From Candidatus Izemoplasmatales bacterium (GTDB lineage Bacteria > Bacillota_I > Bacilli_A > Izemoplasmatales > Hujiaoplasmataceae): a DNA stretch of 64,000 nt. A model generated the notes under the pieces. That model was not told the origin of the DNA. It ran no database searches and saw only the letters and a program-made list of their open reading frames with translations. Within the stretch, counting starts at the first letter, position 1; each line of letters opens with the position of its first letter. Below, piece by piece: positions 38,249 through 48,755 of the stretch. The DNA lies in the NCBI GenBank assembly GCA_050949045.1, contig JBMNEZ010000001.1:352001-416000 (forward strand), in the 5' to 3' direction. The position numbers and the translations under genes are program-made.

Positions 38249-39746
38249 TCGAAATCAGTTCAAAGAGAAACGACCCAGCCCCATCTGTGAATGGGCTGGG
38301 AAGTTTTGCGAGTACTATCTTGATGTTTTAGCGGTCTTGTTTTTGACAATCAATATGATGCTATTCTATATTGACAATGAGTTTTTCAGTCTACACAGTT
38401 TCCCGCTTTACCATCTTGGCATTATCTTGATATCTAGTGCTCTCGTCATCAACATTTATCGTTTGAATCTGATCAAAGGGCTTTCAACAATAGCTGTCCT
38501 ACTTTTAGTTTTCTTAGTGGTGCTTTACAACTCATATTCGATAATCATGAATTTTAACGGTATCGTCGTGGATATGGGAGAGCGAAGCAGAATTTTGTTA
38601 ATGCAAGCATTTCCTGGTTTTTTGCTTGTGCTGTTGTTGTTCTGGAAAATAAGCAGGCCCGCCTTTGGTGTGGCAATGGCGTCTGTTGGCTTGATTGCGA
38701 CGATTTATGCGGGGATCGCGGTCTATGCTTTCATTACGGAAACGACTGAGTTGTGGGATTTCTCACTTGTTTCGTTTAACCGGTTTCAATCGATCTTGAA
38801 TAATCCAAATGCGTTTGGCGAACTATGCTTCATTGGCTTTGTCGCTTTGCTTTATTTGATTATCGTGATTGACTCGACAATCGCTAAGATAGCTATTAGT
38901 CCATTAACTGTCTTGCTTTTGCTGGGGATCGTCTTATCGGGAAGCAGAACGGCGCTCCTGATGACTATTATTTTTTCCGGTGTTATTCTCGCATACTACA
39001 ATTATCACGAGCGTAAACAACGAGTCTATCTGATTGTCACATTCGTGCTGGCAATCATGTTAGTCGTCTATCTTGCTTTTGGTGGATTTCCTGAACTAAT
39101 AGACCACATCCGGGCTGACTTTGACACAAGCGGCAGGGACAAGATTTGGTATAATATTCTGAAAATCATCAGTGATGATGGGCTCAAGGGAATTGGTTAT
39201 GGGAATCTGACATATGTATATAACGAGCGTTTCCGCGTGCTGACATCGGCACACAATATGTATCTTGGAATATATGCCGAACTTGGATTCATTGGCTTCT
39301 CATTGATCTTGTTGTGGCTGGTCTTTGTTTTTGTCGGAACTCATAACCGGATCATTGTTCCTCAAACAGATCGAAACCGGAAATACCTGATCGTCGCCAA
39401 TGCGTTATTGATTGCATTTTTGGTCGGCCAAATGACGGAGTTTTCGTTTCTGCATATTTCGACAATAAATACATTTATTCTGGCTTTTATCGGTTTTTCT
39501 TTCAATATCCGGCGGCGGATCAAGCCCGTAGAGGACCGCCTGAAGATATTGGATCTCGTTCTTTTCTTGGTAATAGCCGGCGTTTCTTTTTATGGTATGT
39601 TGGCTGAAGTCCAAGATGGGAACATCACTTGTCTTTTGATCATCATCAGTTTGGGATTTGTGATTATAAAAGAAGTAGCCAGTCTAATACTTTCTCGAAT
39701 TGAAGATAGAAAGCAAACCGTGGTTACAGTTGAAAAAGGGAAATGA
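38238..39746 (+). CDS. O-antigen ligase-family (Wzy_C) membrane protein
   Basis: NPNAFG, SGSRTA, SGRDKIW, AHNMYL. Confidence 0.85.
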   Translation: MANNRNQFKEKRPSPICEWAGKFCEYYLDVLAVLFLTINMMLFYIDNEFFSLHSFPLYHLGIILISSALVINIYRLNLIKGLSTIAVLLLVFLVVLYNSYSIIMNFNGIVVDMGERSRILLMQAFPGFLLVLLLFWKISRPAFGVAMASVGLIATIYAGIAVYAFITETTELWDFSLVSFNRFQSILNNPNAFGELCFIGFVALLYLIIVIDSTIAKIAISPLTVLLLLGIVLSGSRTALLMTIIFSGVILAYYNYHERKQRVYLIVTFVLAIMLVVYLAFGGFPELIDHIRADFDTSGRDKIWYNILKIISDDGLKGIGYGNLTYVYNERFRVLTSAHNMYLGIYAELGFIGFSLILLWLVFVFVGTHNRIIVPQTDRNRKYLIVANALLIAFLVGQMTEFSFLHISTINTFILAFIGFSFNIRRRIKPVEDRLKILDLVLFLVIAGVSFYGMLAEVQDGNITCLLIIISLGFVIIKEVASLILSRIEDRKQTVVTVEKGK

Positions 39747-39810
39747 TATATTCGTATCTATTGTCTAATGCCTATTAACTTACTATCCTGATTACAAGGA
39801 AGAGGTCAAT

Positions 39811-41112
39811 ATGAAGAAAATCATCGATTTCACTCACTCATTGAAGTTCCTCATCCTCGTCAGTTTTGTGACGCTATGTTTTTGGACTTTGAAACTTGAG
39901 TCGATTGGAATCTTCATATATCTGGGTTTGATGATGGTTGTGTTTATCTTTTCCAAAGATACCATGCCGATAATTCCTTTATTGTTCAATGCTTTGTTTA
40001 TGGTATCGACGCTTCCGTTATCATTTTCGGATATTCCTCTGTATTTATACTTGACACCGATAGTTTTGATTTCCGGGATGGTTATCCATATAGTGAAATT
40101 TAAAGTCAAGTTTAACAAAGGGAAGATGCTTCCGGGAATCATTATCATGGCTTTGGCGATGTTTCTTTCGAGTTTCAACGCCGCGGAACTGTCACTCAAT
40201 TATTGGTTTTACGCCTCGATTGGCATCGTATATGCTCTTATATATACTTTCTTCGTGAACACATTTCAAGGCGACAATAAGAAATATCTTCTGCAAATGA
40301 TGTTCATCCTAGGTATCCTTATCAGTATCCAAGTCGTGATTCATTTTGTTCAGGCTGAGGATTTTGTCCAGGAGATGATCGACAAGGAACTTGTTCTGGG
40401 GTGGGGAATATCCAACCAGATAGCGACATATCTGGTGATGTTTATTGTAATCACCGTCTATTTCATCACCACTTTGGATAGGGGCTATTTGCTTGTCCCG
40501 GTGATGGTTTTTCAGTCTGTTATGCTTCTGTTCACTCTGTCTCGAGGCGGGATCTTTGCTTATATATTGATTTTGCCACTGCTTGTATATTTGACATTTA
40601 AAAAGTCGGATAGAAAACTAGAACACTTGATTTCTTTTCTAGTATCCGCGGCTGTTCTAGCAATCATCTTTTTGATTGGCAAGAATAAAATATTGCCCTT
40701 ATTTGACTATTTTCTAAGAACGGGATTCGATGATAACCTCCGTTTTATGGTTTGGAATGACGCTTGGAATGTATTCAAGAGGCATCCGCTATTTGGCGGC
40801 GGGATCTTTGCCAGAGAAGGACCAAAAGACTATCAAATGTATCACAATACGTTCATCCATGTGCTTGGAACCATGGGAATTGTAGGACTGATTGGGCTTC
40901 TGCATCAATTGTATATGCAGTTCAAGATCACGCTTGGGCATTACAAAAAGGAGAATCTGTTCTTGGCGTTAGCATTGCTGGGAGCACATATCCATGGTCT
41001 TGTGGATAATGTCTATCTTATGCCACAATTCATGATATTGATGTTGGTGATTGTTGCGGTGGTTGAAGTGGATCTTGGTAGCAGTAGCCTAACACAAAAA
41101 ACATGCGAATAG
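39811..41112 (+). CDS. O-antigen ligase-family membrane protein
   Basis: TLSRGG, RFMVW...PLFGGG, YHNTFI..LGTMGIVG. Confidence 0.82.
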   Translation: MKKIIDFTHSLKFLILVSFVTLCFWTLKLESIGIFIYLGLMMVVFIFSKDTMPIIPLLFNALFMVSTLPLSFSDIPLYLYLTPIVLISGMVIHIVKFKVKFNKGKMLPGIIIMALAMFLSSFNAAELSLNYWFYASIGIVYALIYTFFVNTFQGDNKKYLLQMMFILGILISIQVVIHFVQAEDFVQEMIDKELVLGWGISNQIATYLVMFIVITVYFITTLDRGYLLVPVMVFQSVMLLFTLSRGGIFAYILILPLLVYLTFKKSDRKLEHLISFLVSAAVLAIIFLIGKNKILPLFDYFLRTGFDDNLRFMVWNDAWNVFKRHPLFGGGIFAREGPKDYQMYHNTFIHVLGTMGIVGLIGLLHQLYMQFKITLGHYKKENLFLALALLGAHIHGLVDNVYLMPQFMILMLVIVAVVEVDLGSSSLTQKTCE

Positions 41113-41923
41113 CAATATGACATATTCAAGAAAAGACGGAAGGTTGGTTTCTTGATTACGAATCCCGATAAATAATTTTGGTATGGCAAGACGATTTTTA
41201 TTGATATCAAAAAAGATGGCGAGACTATGCCCTCTTCAACATCAACTCCATAAAGGTGATGATGGGCAAAAGCAAATACAAAGACAAATCCGATAATCAA
41301 GTTATGAAACCCTAACTAATGAAGATCACCTCTAAACTGAATACGTTGAGATTGCCGGGGGCTTTAATTTGATGCCCTCGGTTCAAAAGTACATCTTTCC
41401 GGAAATAGTGGACTAAAAGACAAGAACCATCATTTTTGTGAGGTTTTTAGAAAGTACGACATATGTATATACACTTGTAAGGAATTAATGACAAAATATT
41501 GTTTTTGAAGCAACACATCGATGAGATGAAAGGTTCATTTGGTATGATTGTATATTATACTAGGCTGTACTAAAATATCAGAAACTATGACTTTATTAAA
41601 TATTTTAACGGAATTCATTAAGGGTTTCTTAATTTATATGTTTGATGAAAATTTACAACCAATCATAAGGAAATTACATATAAACAGTTTATCAAATGAA
41701 AGCGCATTTCATTTTTGAAATGTGTTTTGTTTATGAATACTTATAAATTCTTCATTTAATACCATTAATAATAGCATGTAAAAAGTCGATGATTCATGTT
41801 GGTTATGTCAAATAGGCTGGATTTGTATCTGTATAATTAAGAATGTCGATGGTTTACTCTCTTGTTTTCTTAAGGCTATTGTGCAAATGTTTTGTTCTTA
41901 TTTGAGAAGCCCAATCCGGTTAT

Positions 41924-42009
41924 TTGTTCGATATTCAAACAAAATCGTGTTTACCCCTTGATTTATTTCAATAATAGTCATACAATGTGATTATTCAATT
42001 ATCGAACAA
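41924..42009 (+). promoter_or_regulatory. Promoter flanked by two 19-bp palindromic operator-like boxes
   Basis: TTGATT(41958)-17 bp-TACAAT(41981). Boxes TTGTTCGATATTCAAACAA (41924-42) and TTATTCAATTATCGAACAA (41991-42009). Confidence 0.7.
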
Positions 42010-42023
42010 TGGGGAGAAACGCA

Positions 42024-42644
42024 ATGATAGAAAACAATTTCTTTAAGCCGACTCCATTATACAAAGAATATCTGGTTCTTGATATGATTGAGAAACGACC
42101 AAACATTACTCAGCGCGTTATCAGCGAAGCGCTGGGTGTTTCTGTTTCAATGATTAATTATTATCTTGATGAATATGAAAAAAAGGGGTATATCAAAAGA
42201 AAGTACCATTCTACAAAATCTGTTGAATACAATATCACCAAAAAAGGTTTGGAACAAAGAAAACTGTTGAATATTAGATATTTGAAGTCATCGCACATGG
42301 TCTATTTATCGGCTAAAGACAATATCGTTGTTTTCCTAAAACAGATTGCCGACCGAGGATTTCACAAAATACTGTTGTATGGTGCTGGTGAAGTGGCCGA
42401 AATTATTCTCCAATCAATGAGTGATGATTTTTTTGTTCCTATATCGGTAATTGCTGTTATTGATGATGATTTAGATAAACAAGGAAAAAAGATTGTAGGG
42501 ATACCTATCATCAGCATTAATAACATTGGTGTATTCGAACATGACGGTATCTTAATATCAAGTTATACCCACCACCGTATCATAAGAAGCAAACTTCTTG
42601 AAATTGGTTATCCGGAAAAACAGATTATTGAGTTTTTTTCTTAG
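42024..42644 (+). CDS. Winged-HTH (MarR-like, EPS-associated) regulator with C-terminal Rossmann-like domain
   Basis: PNITQRVISEALGVSVSMINYYL...YNITKKG, then ILLYGAGEVA...IAVIDDD..KQG. Confidence 0.82.
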   Translation: MIENNFFKPTPLYKEYLVLDMIEKRPNITQRVISEALGVSVSMINYYLDEYEKKGYIKRKYHSTKSVEYNITKKGLEQRKLLNIRYLKSSHMVYLSAKDNIVVFLKQIADRGFHKILLYGAGEVAEIILQSMSDDFFVPISVIAVIDDDLDKQGKKIVGIPIISINNIGVFEHDGILISSYTHHRIIRSKLLEIGYPEKQIIEFFS

Positions 42645-42656
42645 AAGGAGGAACAG

Positions 42657-43823
42657 ATGAAAGTTACAGTAATTGGCATCGGATATGTTGGTCTTTCGAT
42701 TGCAGTATTGCTCAGCCAGAAACATGAAGTTGTGGCCCTTGACATAATCAAGGAAAAAGTGGATTTGGTCAATCAAAGAAAATCACCGATCAGTGATCCT
42801 GAGATAGAGGAATACTTTAGAACTAAACAACTCAATCTCAAGGCTACATTATCTAAAGAAGAAGCTTATAAAAACGTTGATTTTGTAGTGGTTGCCACTC
42901 CAACTAATTATGATCCCAAGCTCAACTACTTTGACACTTCTTCAGTTGATTCGGTAATAAATGATGTTTCTGTTTATTCGCCAAAAGCGGGCATAGTCAT
43001 CAAATCGACGGTTCCAGTAGGCTATACACTGGAACAAAAAGAAAAACATCCAGATCTTTCCATCATGTTTTCTCCCGAATTTCTTAGGGAAGGCAAAGCA
43101 TTGTATGACAATCTCTACCCTTCAAGAGTTATTGTTGGAGATCATTCGGATTTAGCTAAAAGATTTGCTGGATTGTTGGTTGAAGCGTCTTTGAAGCCGA
43201 ATGTTCCGGTTCTGTACACCGGCTCCACAGAAGCGGAAGCAATCAAACTCTTCTCAAACACCTATCTGGCATTGAGAGTTGCTTTTTTCAATGAACTTGA
43301 TACCTATGCTGAGATTAGAAGCCTGAGTTCCAAAGAAATTATCGAAGGAGTCGGCCTCGATCCTCGAATTGGCAACCATTATAATAATCCCTCTTTTGGG
43401 TATGGGGGCTACTGCTTACCAAAAGATACAAAACAGCTGGTTGCTAATTATATGAATGTTCCACAAAACATAATGACCGCTGTTGTAGATGCAAATAGAA
43501 CGAGAAAAGACCATATCGCTGAAATGATCATAGCTAAGAATCCAAAGATTGTTGGCATATACAGATTAGTCATGAAAAGTAACTCTGATAATTATAGGCA
43601 TTCTTCTATCCAAGGAGTTATGAAAAGAATCAAAGCTAAGGGAATAGAAGTGGTAGTGTATGAGCCGGTTCTGAAGGAGTCAACATTCTTTGGTTCAAAA
43701 GTGATTCGAGACATCAATGAGTTTTTCAATATTTCTGAGTTAATTGTATCCAATCGTTTTTATAGAGAACTTGAACCTTACAAAAACAAAGTATATACTA
43801 GAGATTTGTATAATAGAGACTGA
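42657..43823 (+). CDS. ugd: UDP-glucose 6-dehydrogenase
   Basis: [27 protein letters not shown] and C-terminal KVYTRDLY. Confidence 0.95.
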   Translation: MKVTVIGIGYVGLSIAVLLSQKHEVVALDIIKEKVDLVNQRKSPISDPEIEEYFRTKQLNLKATLSKEEAYKNVDFVVVATPTNYDPKLNYFDTSSVDSVINDVSVYSPKAGIVIKSTVPVGYTLEQKEKHPDLSIMFSPEFLREGKALYDNLYPSRVIVGDHSDLAKRFAGLLVEASLKPNVPVLYTGSTEAEAIKLFSNTYLALRVAFFNELDTYAEIRSLSSKEIIEGVGLDPRIGNHYNNPSFGYGGYCLPKDTKQLVANYMNVPQNIMTAVVDANRTRKDHIAEMIIAKNPKIVGIYRLVMKSNSDNYRHSSIQGVMKRIKAKGIEVVVYEPVLKESTFFGSKVIRDINEFFNISELIVSNRFYRELEPYKNKVYTRDLYNRD

Positions 43824-44112
43824 ATTATACGAAATACGATTTTTAATGCATTTACATATACAAATATTGTTCCTAAAGGTTTTTAAAGTGGTAATATGTC
43901 ATTTTTCTGAGTCTAATTTTGCAAGAATTCAGTGTATTCAGTCTCTTGAAACTACTTGAAATGTATACTAGCATGTAAGTATTTCTATCTCAATTTTCTA
44001 GTTTAGAAGTGAGGTATTAAAATAAATATTCAAAATAATTGCTCTCAAAATTATATTCTTTAAGTTTTTAGAAACCCGAGTTCATTAATACAGATTTCGG
44101 AGGAATTCTAAA

Positions 44113-44754
44113 TTGATATATAGGTTTTTAAAATACTCTATGGACTTTATAATATCTTTTATTGGAGTTATTGTTTTACTGCCAGTATTTATCATTATAT
44201 CTATTCTTATTAAAATAACCTCAAAAGGCCCAGTTCTGTTTAAGCAAAAGCGGGTAGGAATTAGAAAAAAACTCTTCACCATTTACAAGTTTAGAACAAT
44301 GAGAATTGATACTCCTCGAAACATACCAACACATCTTTTGGATAACCCGGAAAAATATATAACGAATATTGGTAAATTTTTAAGAAAAACATCCTTAGAT
44401 GAAATACCACAGATATTTAATATTCTGTTTGGGAAAATGAGCATAATTGGACCAAGACCAGCGTTATGGAATCAATATGACTTAATTCTTGAAAGGGATA
44501 AATATGATGTCCATAAAGTTAGACCCGGTTTATCTGGACTCGCCCAGGTCAGTGGAAGGGATACTCTTTCAATACCTGATAAAGCTAGGTTAGATGGAGA
44601 ATATGTTGCAAAGCAAAACTTATTACTTGATATATCTATCTTCTTAAAAACAATCAAAAATATCTTGGTATCTGATAGTGTTGTCGAGGGGGGAACCGGA
44701 ACCATTACTAAGCAAAGAGAAGAGATGTCAACCCAGTTTAAGGAGAATTCATAA
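44113..44754 (+). CDS. Second priming sugar-phosphate transferase (short type)
   Basis: YKFRTM, RKTSLDEIPQ, GPRPALWNQ, RPGLSGLAQV. Confidence 0.9.
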   Translation: MIYRFLKYSMDFIISFIGVIVLLPVFIIISILIKITSKGPVLFKQKRVGIRKKLFTIYKFRTMRIDTPRNIPTHLLDNPEKYITNIGKFLRKTSLDEIPQIFNILFGKMSIIGPRPALWNQYDLILERDKYDVHKVRPGLSGLAQVSGRDTLSIPDKARLDGEYVAKQNLLLDISIFLKTIKNILVSDSVVEGGTGTITKQREEMSTQFKENS

Positions 44755-45635
44755 TGAAAAGAATATTGATTACTGGAGCGAACAGTTATATTGGTACAAG
44801 TTTAAAAAAATGGTTGATGAAAGAACCAGAAAAATACTATGTTGATACTCTTGATATGACCAATCCAACTTGGAAAGAAAAGAATTTTTCTTTCTTTGAT
44901 GTTGTTTTTCATGTAGCTGGAATTGCACATGTAAGTTCTAAAAAAAAGAAGGCCTCTTTGTATTTTAAGATAAATCGAGATTTAGCAATTCATACAGCAA
45001 TTAAAGCGAAAGAAGAAGGGGTCAACCAATTCATTTTTGTGAGTTCTATAATTATTTATGGTAAAGACAACAAAATTGGTGATTATTCTCATATTAATAC
45101 TGACAAGTTTTTACCAGAAAATGCATATGGTCAAAGCAAATATGAAGCTGATCAAGTGATTCAACAATATTCTAGTCCTTACTTCATTACTTCTATAATA
45201 AGATCACCAATGGTATATGGACCTGGATGTAAAGGCAATTTCCTTAAACTTGTTAAAGCGGCAATGAAATTACCTATTATTCCAAACATATACAATCAAA
45301 GAAGTATGATATATATTGACAATTTATGTGAATTAGTTCGTTTAATAATAGATTATAATGAAGGGGGGGTTTTCTACCCTCAAAATTCTGAATATGTTTC
45401 AACAACAAAATTGATTGAGGATATTAGACATATAAGAGGGAAAAAAATCAAAAAGTCAAAAATACTTGTTCCTATTTTTCGTTTCCTATCTTTGGTTTTT
45501 CCGGTTATTAACAAAATATTCGGGAATAAAACATATATTAATGAATTATCACAACATTTTCATAATAACTACATATTATATAACTATAATGAATCGCTTA
45601 TTATGACTATGGAATCAATTAATCAGAATAATTGA
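44754..45635 (+). CDS. NAD-dependent epimerase/dehydratase
   Basis: ITGANSYIG, HVAGIAH, YGQSK, PMVYGPGCKGN. Confidence 0.88.
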   Translation: MKRILITGANSYIGTSLKKWLMKEPEKYYVDTLDMTNPTWKEKNFSFFDVVFHVAGIAHVSSKKKKASLYFKINRDLAIHTAIKAKEEGVNQFIFVSSIIIYGKDNKIGDYSHINTDKFLPENAYGQSKYEADQVIQQYSSPYFITSIIRSPMVYGPGCKGNFLKLVKAAMKLPIIPNIYNQRSMIYIDNLCELVRLIIDYNEGGVFYPQNSEYVSTTKLIEDIRHIRGKKIKKSKILVPIFRFLSLVFPVINKIFGNKTYINELSQHFHNNYILYNYNESLIMTMESINQNN

Positions 45636-45715
45636 TGAAGACATAATCATTGATTCTCTAATGTGAAACACAGAGTTTTTCTTAATTAGTTTGACTGTAT
45701 TTGGGAGATATTTGT

Positions 45716-46180
45716 ATGAAAAAAAAGTCAAATTCCACTAAGATTTGTATGATATCTTCTTCTGGAGGGCATTTTGAACAGCTGAGGATGTTATCTTCCT
45801 TGAGTGACAACTATCAATGCATTTGGGTTACAGAAAAGACAAAGTACTCAATGAAAGCTGACTACTATTTGTTACAAACAGGTTTAAAAGACTGGTTGTT
45901 CATCTTCAAGATGATAATTAACACAGTAAAAAGTTTTTTTATTTGGATTAGAGAAAGACCAAAATACGTTATCACTACAGGAACTGCTGTAGCTATCCCA
46001 ATGGTTTTTATTGCAAAAATATTTCGCAAAAAGACAATATTCATAGAAACCTTCGCACGCTTACATGATGCGACTAAGACTGGGAAATTGTTATATGGAC
46101 GAGTCGACCTTTTTATAATCCAATGGGAGTCATTAAAAAAAATATATCCAGAAGCTGTATTTGGGGGGAGTATATATTGA
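45716..46180 (+). CDS. PssD/Cps14F (Alg14-like) glycosyltransferase subunit
   Basis: SSSGGHFEQL, ITTG, FIETFAR, IQWE. Confidence 0.88.
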   Translation: MKKKSNSTKICMISSSGGHFEQLRMLSSLSDNYQCIWVTEKTKYSMKADYYLLQTGLKDWLFIFKMIINTVKSFFIWIRERPKYVITTGTAVAIPMVFIAKIFRKKTIFIETFARLHDATKTGKLLYGRVDLFIIQWESLKKIYPEAVFGGSIY

Positions 46181-46665
46181 TATTTGTATCTGTGGGATCA
46201 AGAGAATATCAATTTGATCGACTAATACACAAAATAGATTGCCTTGTTGATTCGGGAGAATTATCCGATAAAGTATTTGCCCAAATTGGTAATTCTAATT
46301 ATATTCCAAAAAAAATTGATTACACGAGATTTTTAGATAACGATCAATTCTCAAAAGCACAGGATATGGCAAATATTATCATTTCTCATGGTGGTACCGG
46401 TGCATTGGTTTCAGCCCTAAAAAAAGATAAAAAGGTAATCGCAGTACCGAGACTTTCCGCTTTCAAAGAGCATGCTGATGATCACCAAATGCAGATAGTT
46501 GATTTATTTGAAAAAGAAGGGTATGTAATAAAAGTTGTTGATATTGAATTGCTGATTGAAGCTATTGAAAAATGTAAAAGCGGAGGTTTCACCCCCAAAA
46601 GGTTTTCAAAATATAGCAATATTGAACAAATAATTCGTGACTTCATTATAAGCAGAGGTGATTAA
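46177..46665 (+). CDS. PssE/Cps14G (Alg13-like) glycosyltransferase subunit
   Basis: IFVSVGS..QFDRL, ISHGGTG, VPR...EHADDHQ. Probable TTG start at 46177. Confidence 0.88.
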   Translation: MIFVSVGSREYQFDRLIHKIDCLVDSGELSDKVFAQIGNSNYIPKKIDYTRFLDNDQFSKAQDMANIIISHGGTGALVSALKKDKKVIAVPRLSAFKEHADDHQMQIVDLFEKEGYVIKVVDIELLIEAIEKCKSGGFTPKRFSKYSNIEQIIRDFIISRGD

Positions 46666-47549
46666 AGTGAATTATAGAATAAAAAATCTTTTACTATTAC
46701 CTTTTCGATTTTTACAGAAGATTTGTCCGAAAATTAACCTGAAACCTCTTTATCAATTGAAAACAGGAAAAAAACTTAATCTTCATAATCTTATACTGTA
46801 TAATGAGAAAATTCAATGGATCAAATTATACGCCAGAAATCCTCTGATGCCTATTTGCGCAGATAAGTATCTTGTTCGTGAATAAGTATTGAACAAAGGC
46901 TTAGACAGAATATTAAACACATTGTATTGGCAATGATATGGTTCTAATCATATTCCCTTTGATCTTCTTCCAAATGAGTTCGTCATAAAAATGATCCATG
47001 GTTTAGGGATGAACATTATTTGTACTGATAAAAGCAAACTAAATATTGATAAAGTTAAGAAAACACTAAGAATGTGGCTAAGAACAAAATATTTGCCAGC
47101 CTATGGAGAATGGTTCTAACAATGATCACAAGCCGAGAATTGTAATTGAAAAGTACCTATCTAATTGTGACGGTAAGAATTTATATGGCTACAAACTGTT
47201 TTGTTTTCACGGTAAGGTAAAATTAATTTATATTGATACATGGAAAAACGGCAGTTTCTCTATGAATGTTTATGATAACAACTTTAATTTATTAGAAAAC
47301 GTTAATATGGGTTTTCCTAATGATAATTCAGTGAAGATCAAGAAGCCAGACTAGTTTGAAGAATTAGTGAAATATGTTTAAGTATTTTCTAAAGATTTTA
47401 TGCATGTGAGAATAGATTTTTATGTTGTTCAAAATCGAGTAGTATTTGGCGAATTGAGTTTTTCCAAAGGAGCTGGATTTGACAAAACAAGTCCAAACGA
47501 ATTAAATATTCATATGAGTAGTTGGCTCAAACTTCCAAATAAAAAATAA
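46658..47549 (+). pseudogene. Disrupted TupA-like ATP-grasp amidoligase
   Basis: NEKIQWIKL, ADKYLVRE, FVIK, KPRIVIEKYL, YKLFCFHG, HVRIDFY, FGELSF. Interrupted by stops at 46883, 46934, 47352 and 47379 and a +1 frameshift near 47117. Confidence 0.88.
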
Positions 47550-47587
47550 AAACGTTATGGCACCATAATATTGGGGAGAATTATTTA

Positions 47588-48745
47588 ATGATAAAAAGAA
47601 TTGTTGTAATAACGAATAAGTATCCAAATAAATATGAAAAGAACGTATTGGTTTTTCTTCAACAACTTGTATGGCAATTTGCTGATATGGGAATTGCTTG
47701 TACGGTTATTTCTCCAGTTCCAGTTAATATTAAGCCCCAGTATATATGTTTGCCTTTTCACTCGAATGAATATACCGAAAACGGGGCTTTGATAGATGTA
47801 TACTATCCAAAATATATAGGTTTTGGCCAAACAAAAGTATTTGGGATTAACCCGACTAAGTTGACAACTAGTTTGTTTTCGTGGTCAGTAAAAAAGACGA
47901 TAAAAAAAATAAACATTATTCCAGATCTGTTCTATAGCCATTTTGTTACTCCTGCCGGCATATGCGCATCTAGGTTAAGCAAAAAATATGGAATAACTGC
48001 AGTTATGGCCTATGGCGAATCTACACCGATGACGATACAACATTATGGGGAGAAAACTATTTCAAAAGCATTAGAGTACTTATCAGGAATAATTGCGGTT
48101 TCATCTAAAAACAAAAGAATTTTACTTGATTATGGTATTCTTGATGAAAATCGAATTGTTGTAATCCCTAATGGATATAGAAAAGAAAGATTTTTCCCGA
48201 GGGACAAACGAGCGTCAAGGAAGAATTTTTTATTTCCAGAAGACAAGTTCATTGTGTCCTTTGTCGGGAGTTTCGATGAAAGAAAAGGAATTAAAAGGCT
48301 AGAAGAGGCGGTTGATAGATTAGATGATGTATATTTCATCTGTGCAGGAAAAGGGAAACTATCCCCCTCTTCAAAAAAGTGTTTGTTTGCGGGCGAAGTT
48401 GATAACGCTATTTTGCCTTATTTCTATAGTTCATCAGATGTTTTTGTTCTTCCTACTCTGAATGAAGGGTGTTGTAATGCTATTATTGAAGCTATGGCAT
48501 GCGGATTACCAATAATCTCATCAAATATGAGTTTTAATGATGAATTGTTGAATGAAGATAATTCAATTCGTATAAACCCTAACAATGTATGTGAAATTAT
48601 TAATGCAATTAAAGTCATTAAGGATAACAGTAATTTAAGATTAAAAATGTCTAATGCTAGTCTGCAAAAAGCAAAACAGTTGTCTTTACAGAAAAGAGCA
48701 CAATCAATAATTAGTTTTTTTGATCAAGTGATAAAAAATAAATAA
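47588..48745 (+). CDS. GT4 glycosyltransferase (TuaC-like)
   Basis: IPNG, FVGSFDERKG, EGCCNAIIEAMACG. Confidence 0.9.
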   Translation: MIKRIVVITNKYPNKYEKNVLVFLQQLVWQFADMGIACTVISPVPVNIKPQYICLPFHSNEYTENGALIDVYYPKYIGFGQTKVFGINPTKLTTSLFSWSVKKTIKKINIIPDLFYSHFVTPAGICASRLSKKYGITAVMAYGESTPMTIQHYGEKTISKALEYLSGIIAVSSKNKRILLDYGILDENRIVVIPNGYRKERFFPRDKRASRKNFLFPEDKFIVSFVGSFDERKGIKRLEEAVDRLDDVYFICAGKGKLSPSSKKCLFAGEVDNAILPYFYSSSDVFVLPTLNEGCCNAIIEAMACGLPIISSNMSFNDELLNEDNSIRINPNNVCEIINAIKVIKDNSNLRLKMSNASLQKAKQLSLQKRAQSIISFFDQVIKNK

Positions 48746-48755
48746 TGGGGGCTCA

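Noticed and set aside
46883..47381. Stop-codon recoding or alternative genetic code in the TupA-like gene
   Set aside because: All three stop types plus a frameshift occur, and TGA terminates normal genes elsewhere. Pseudogenisation is simpler.
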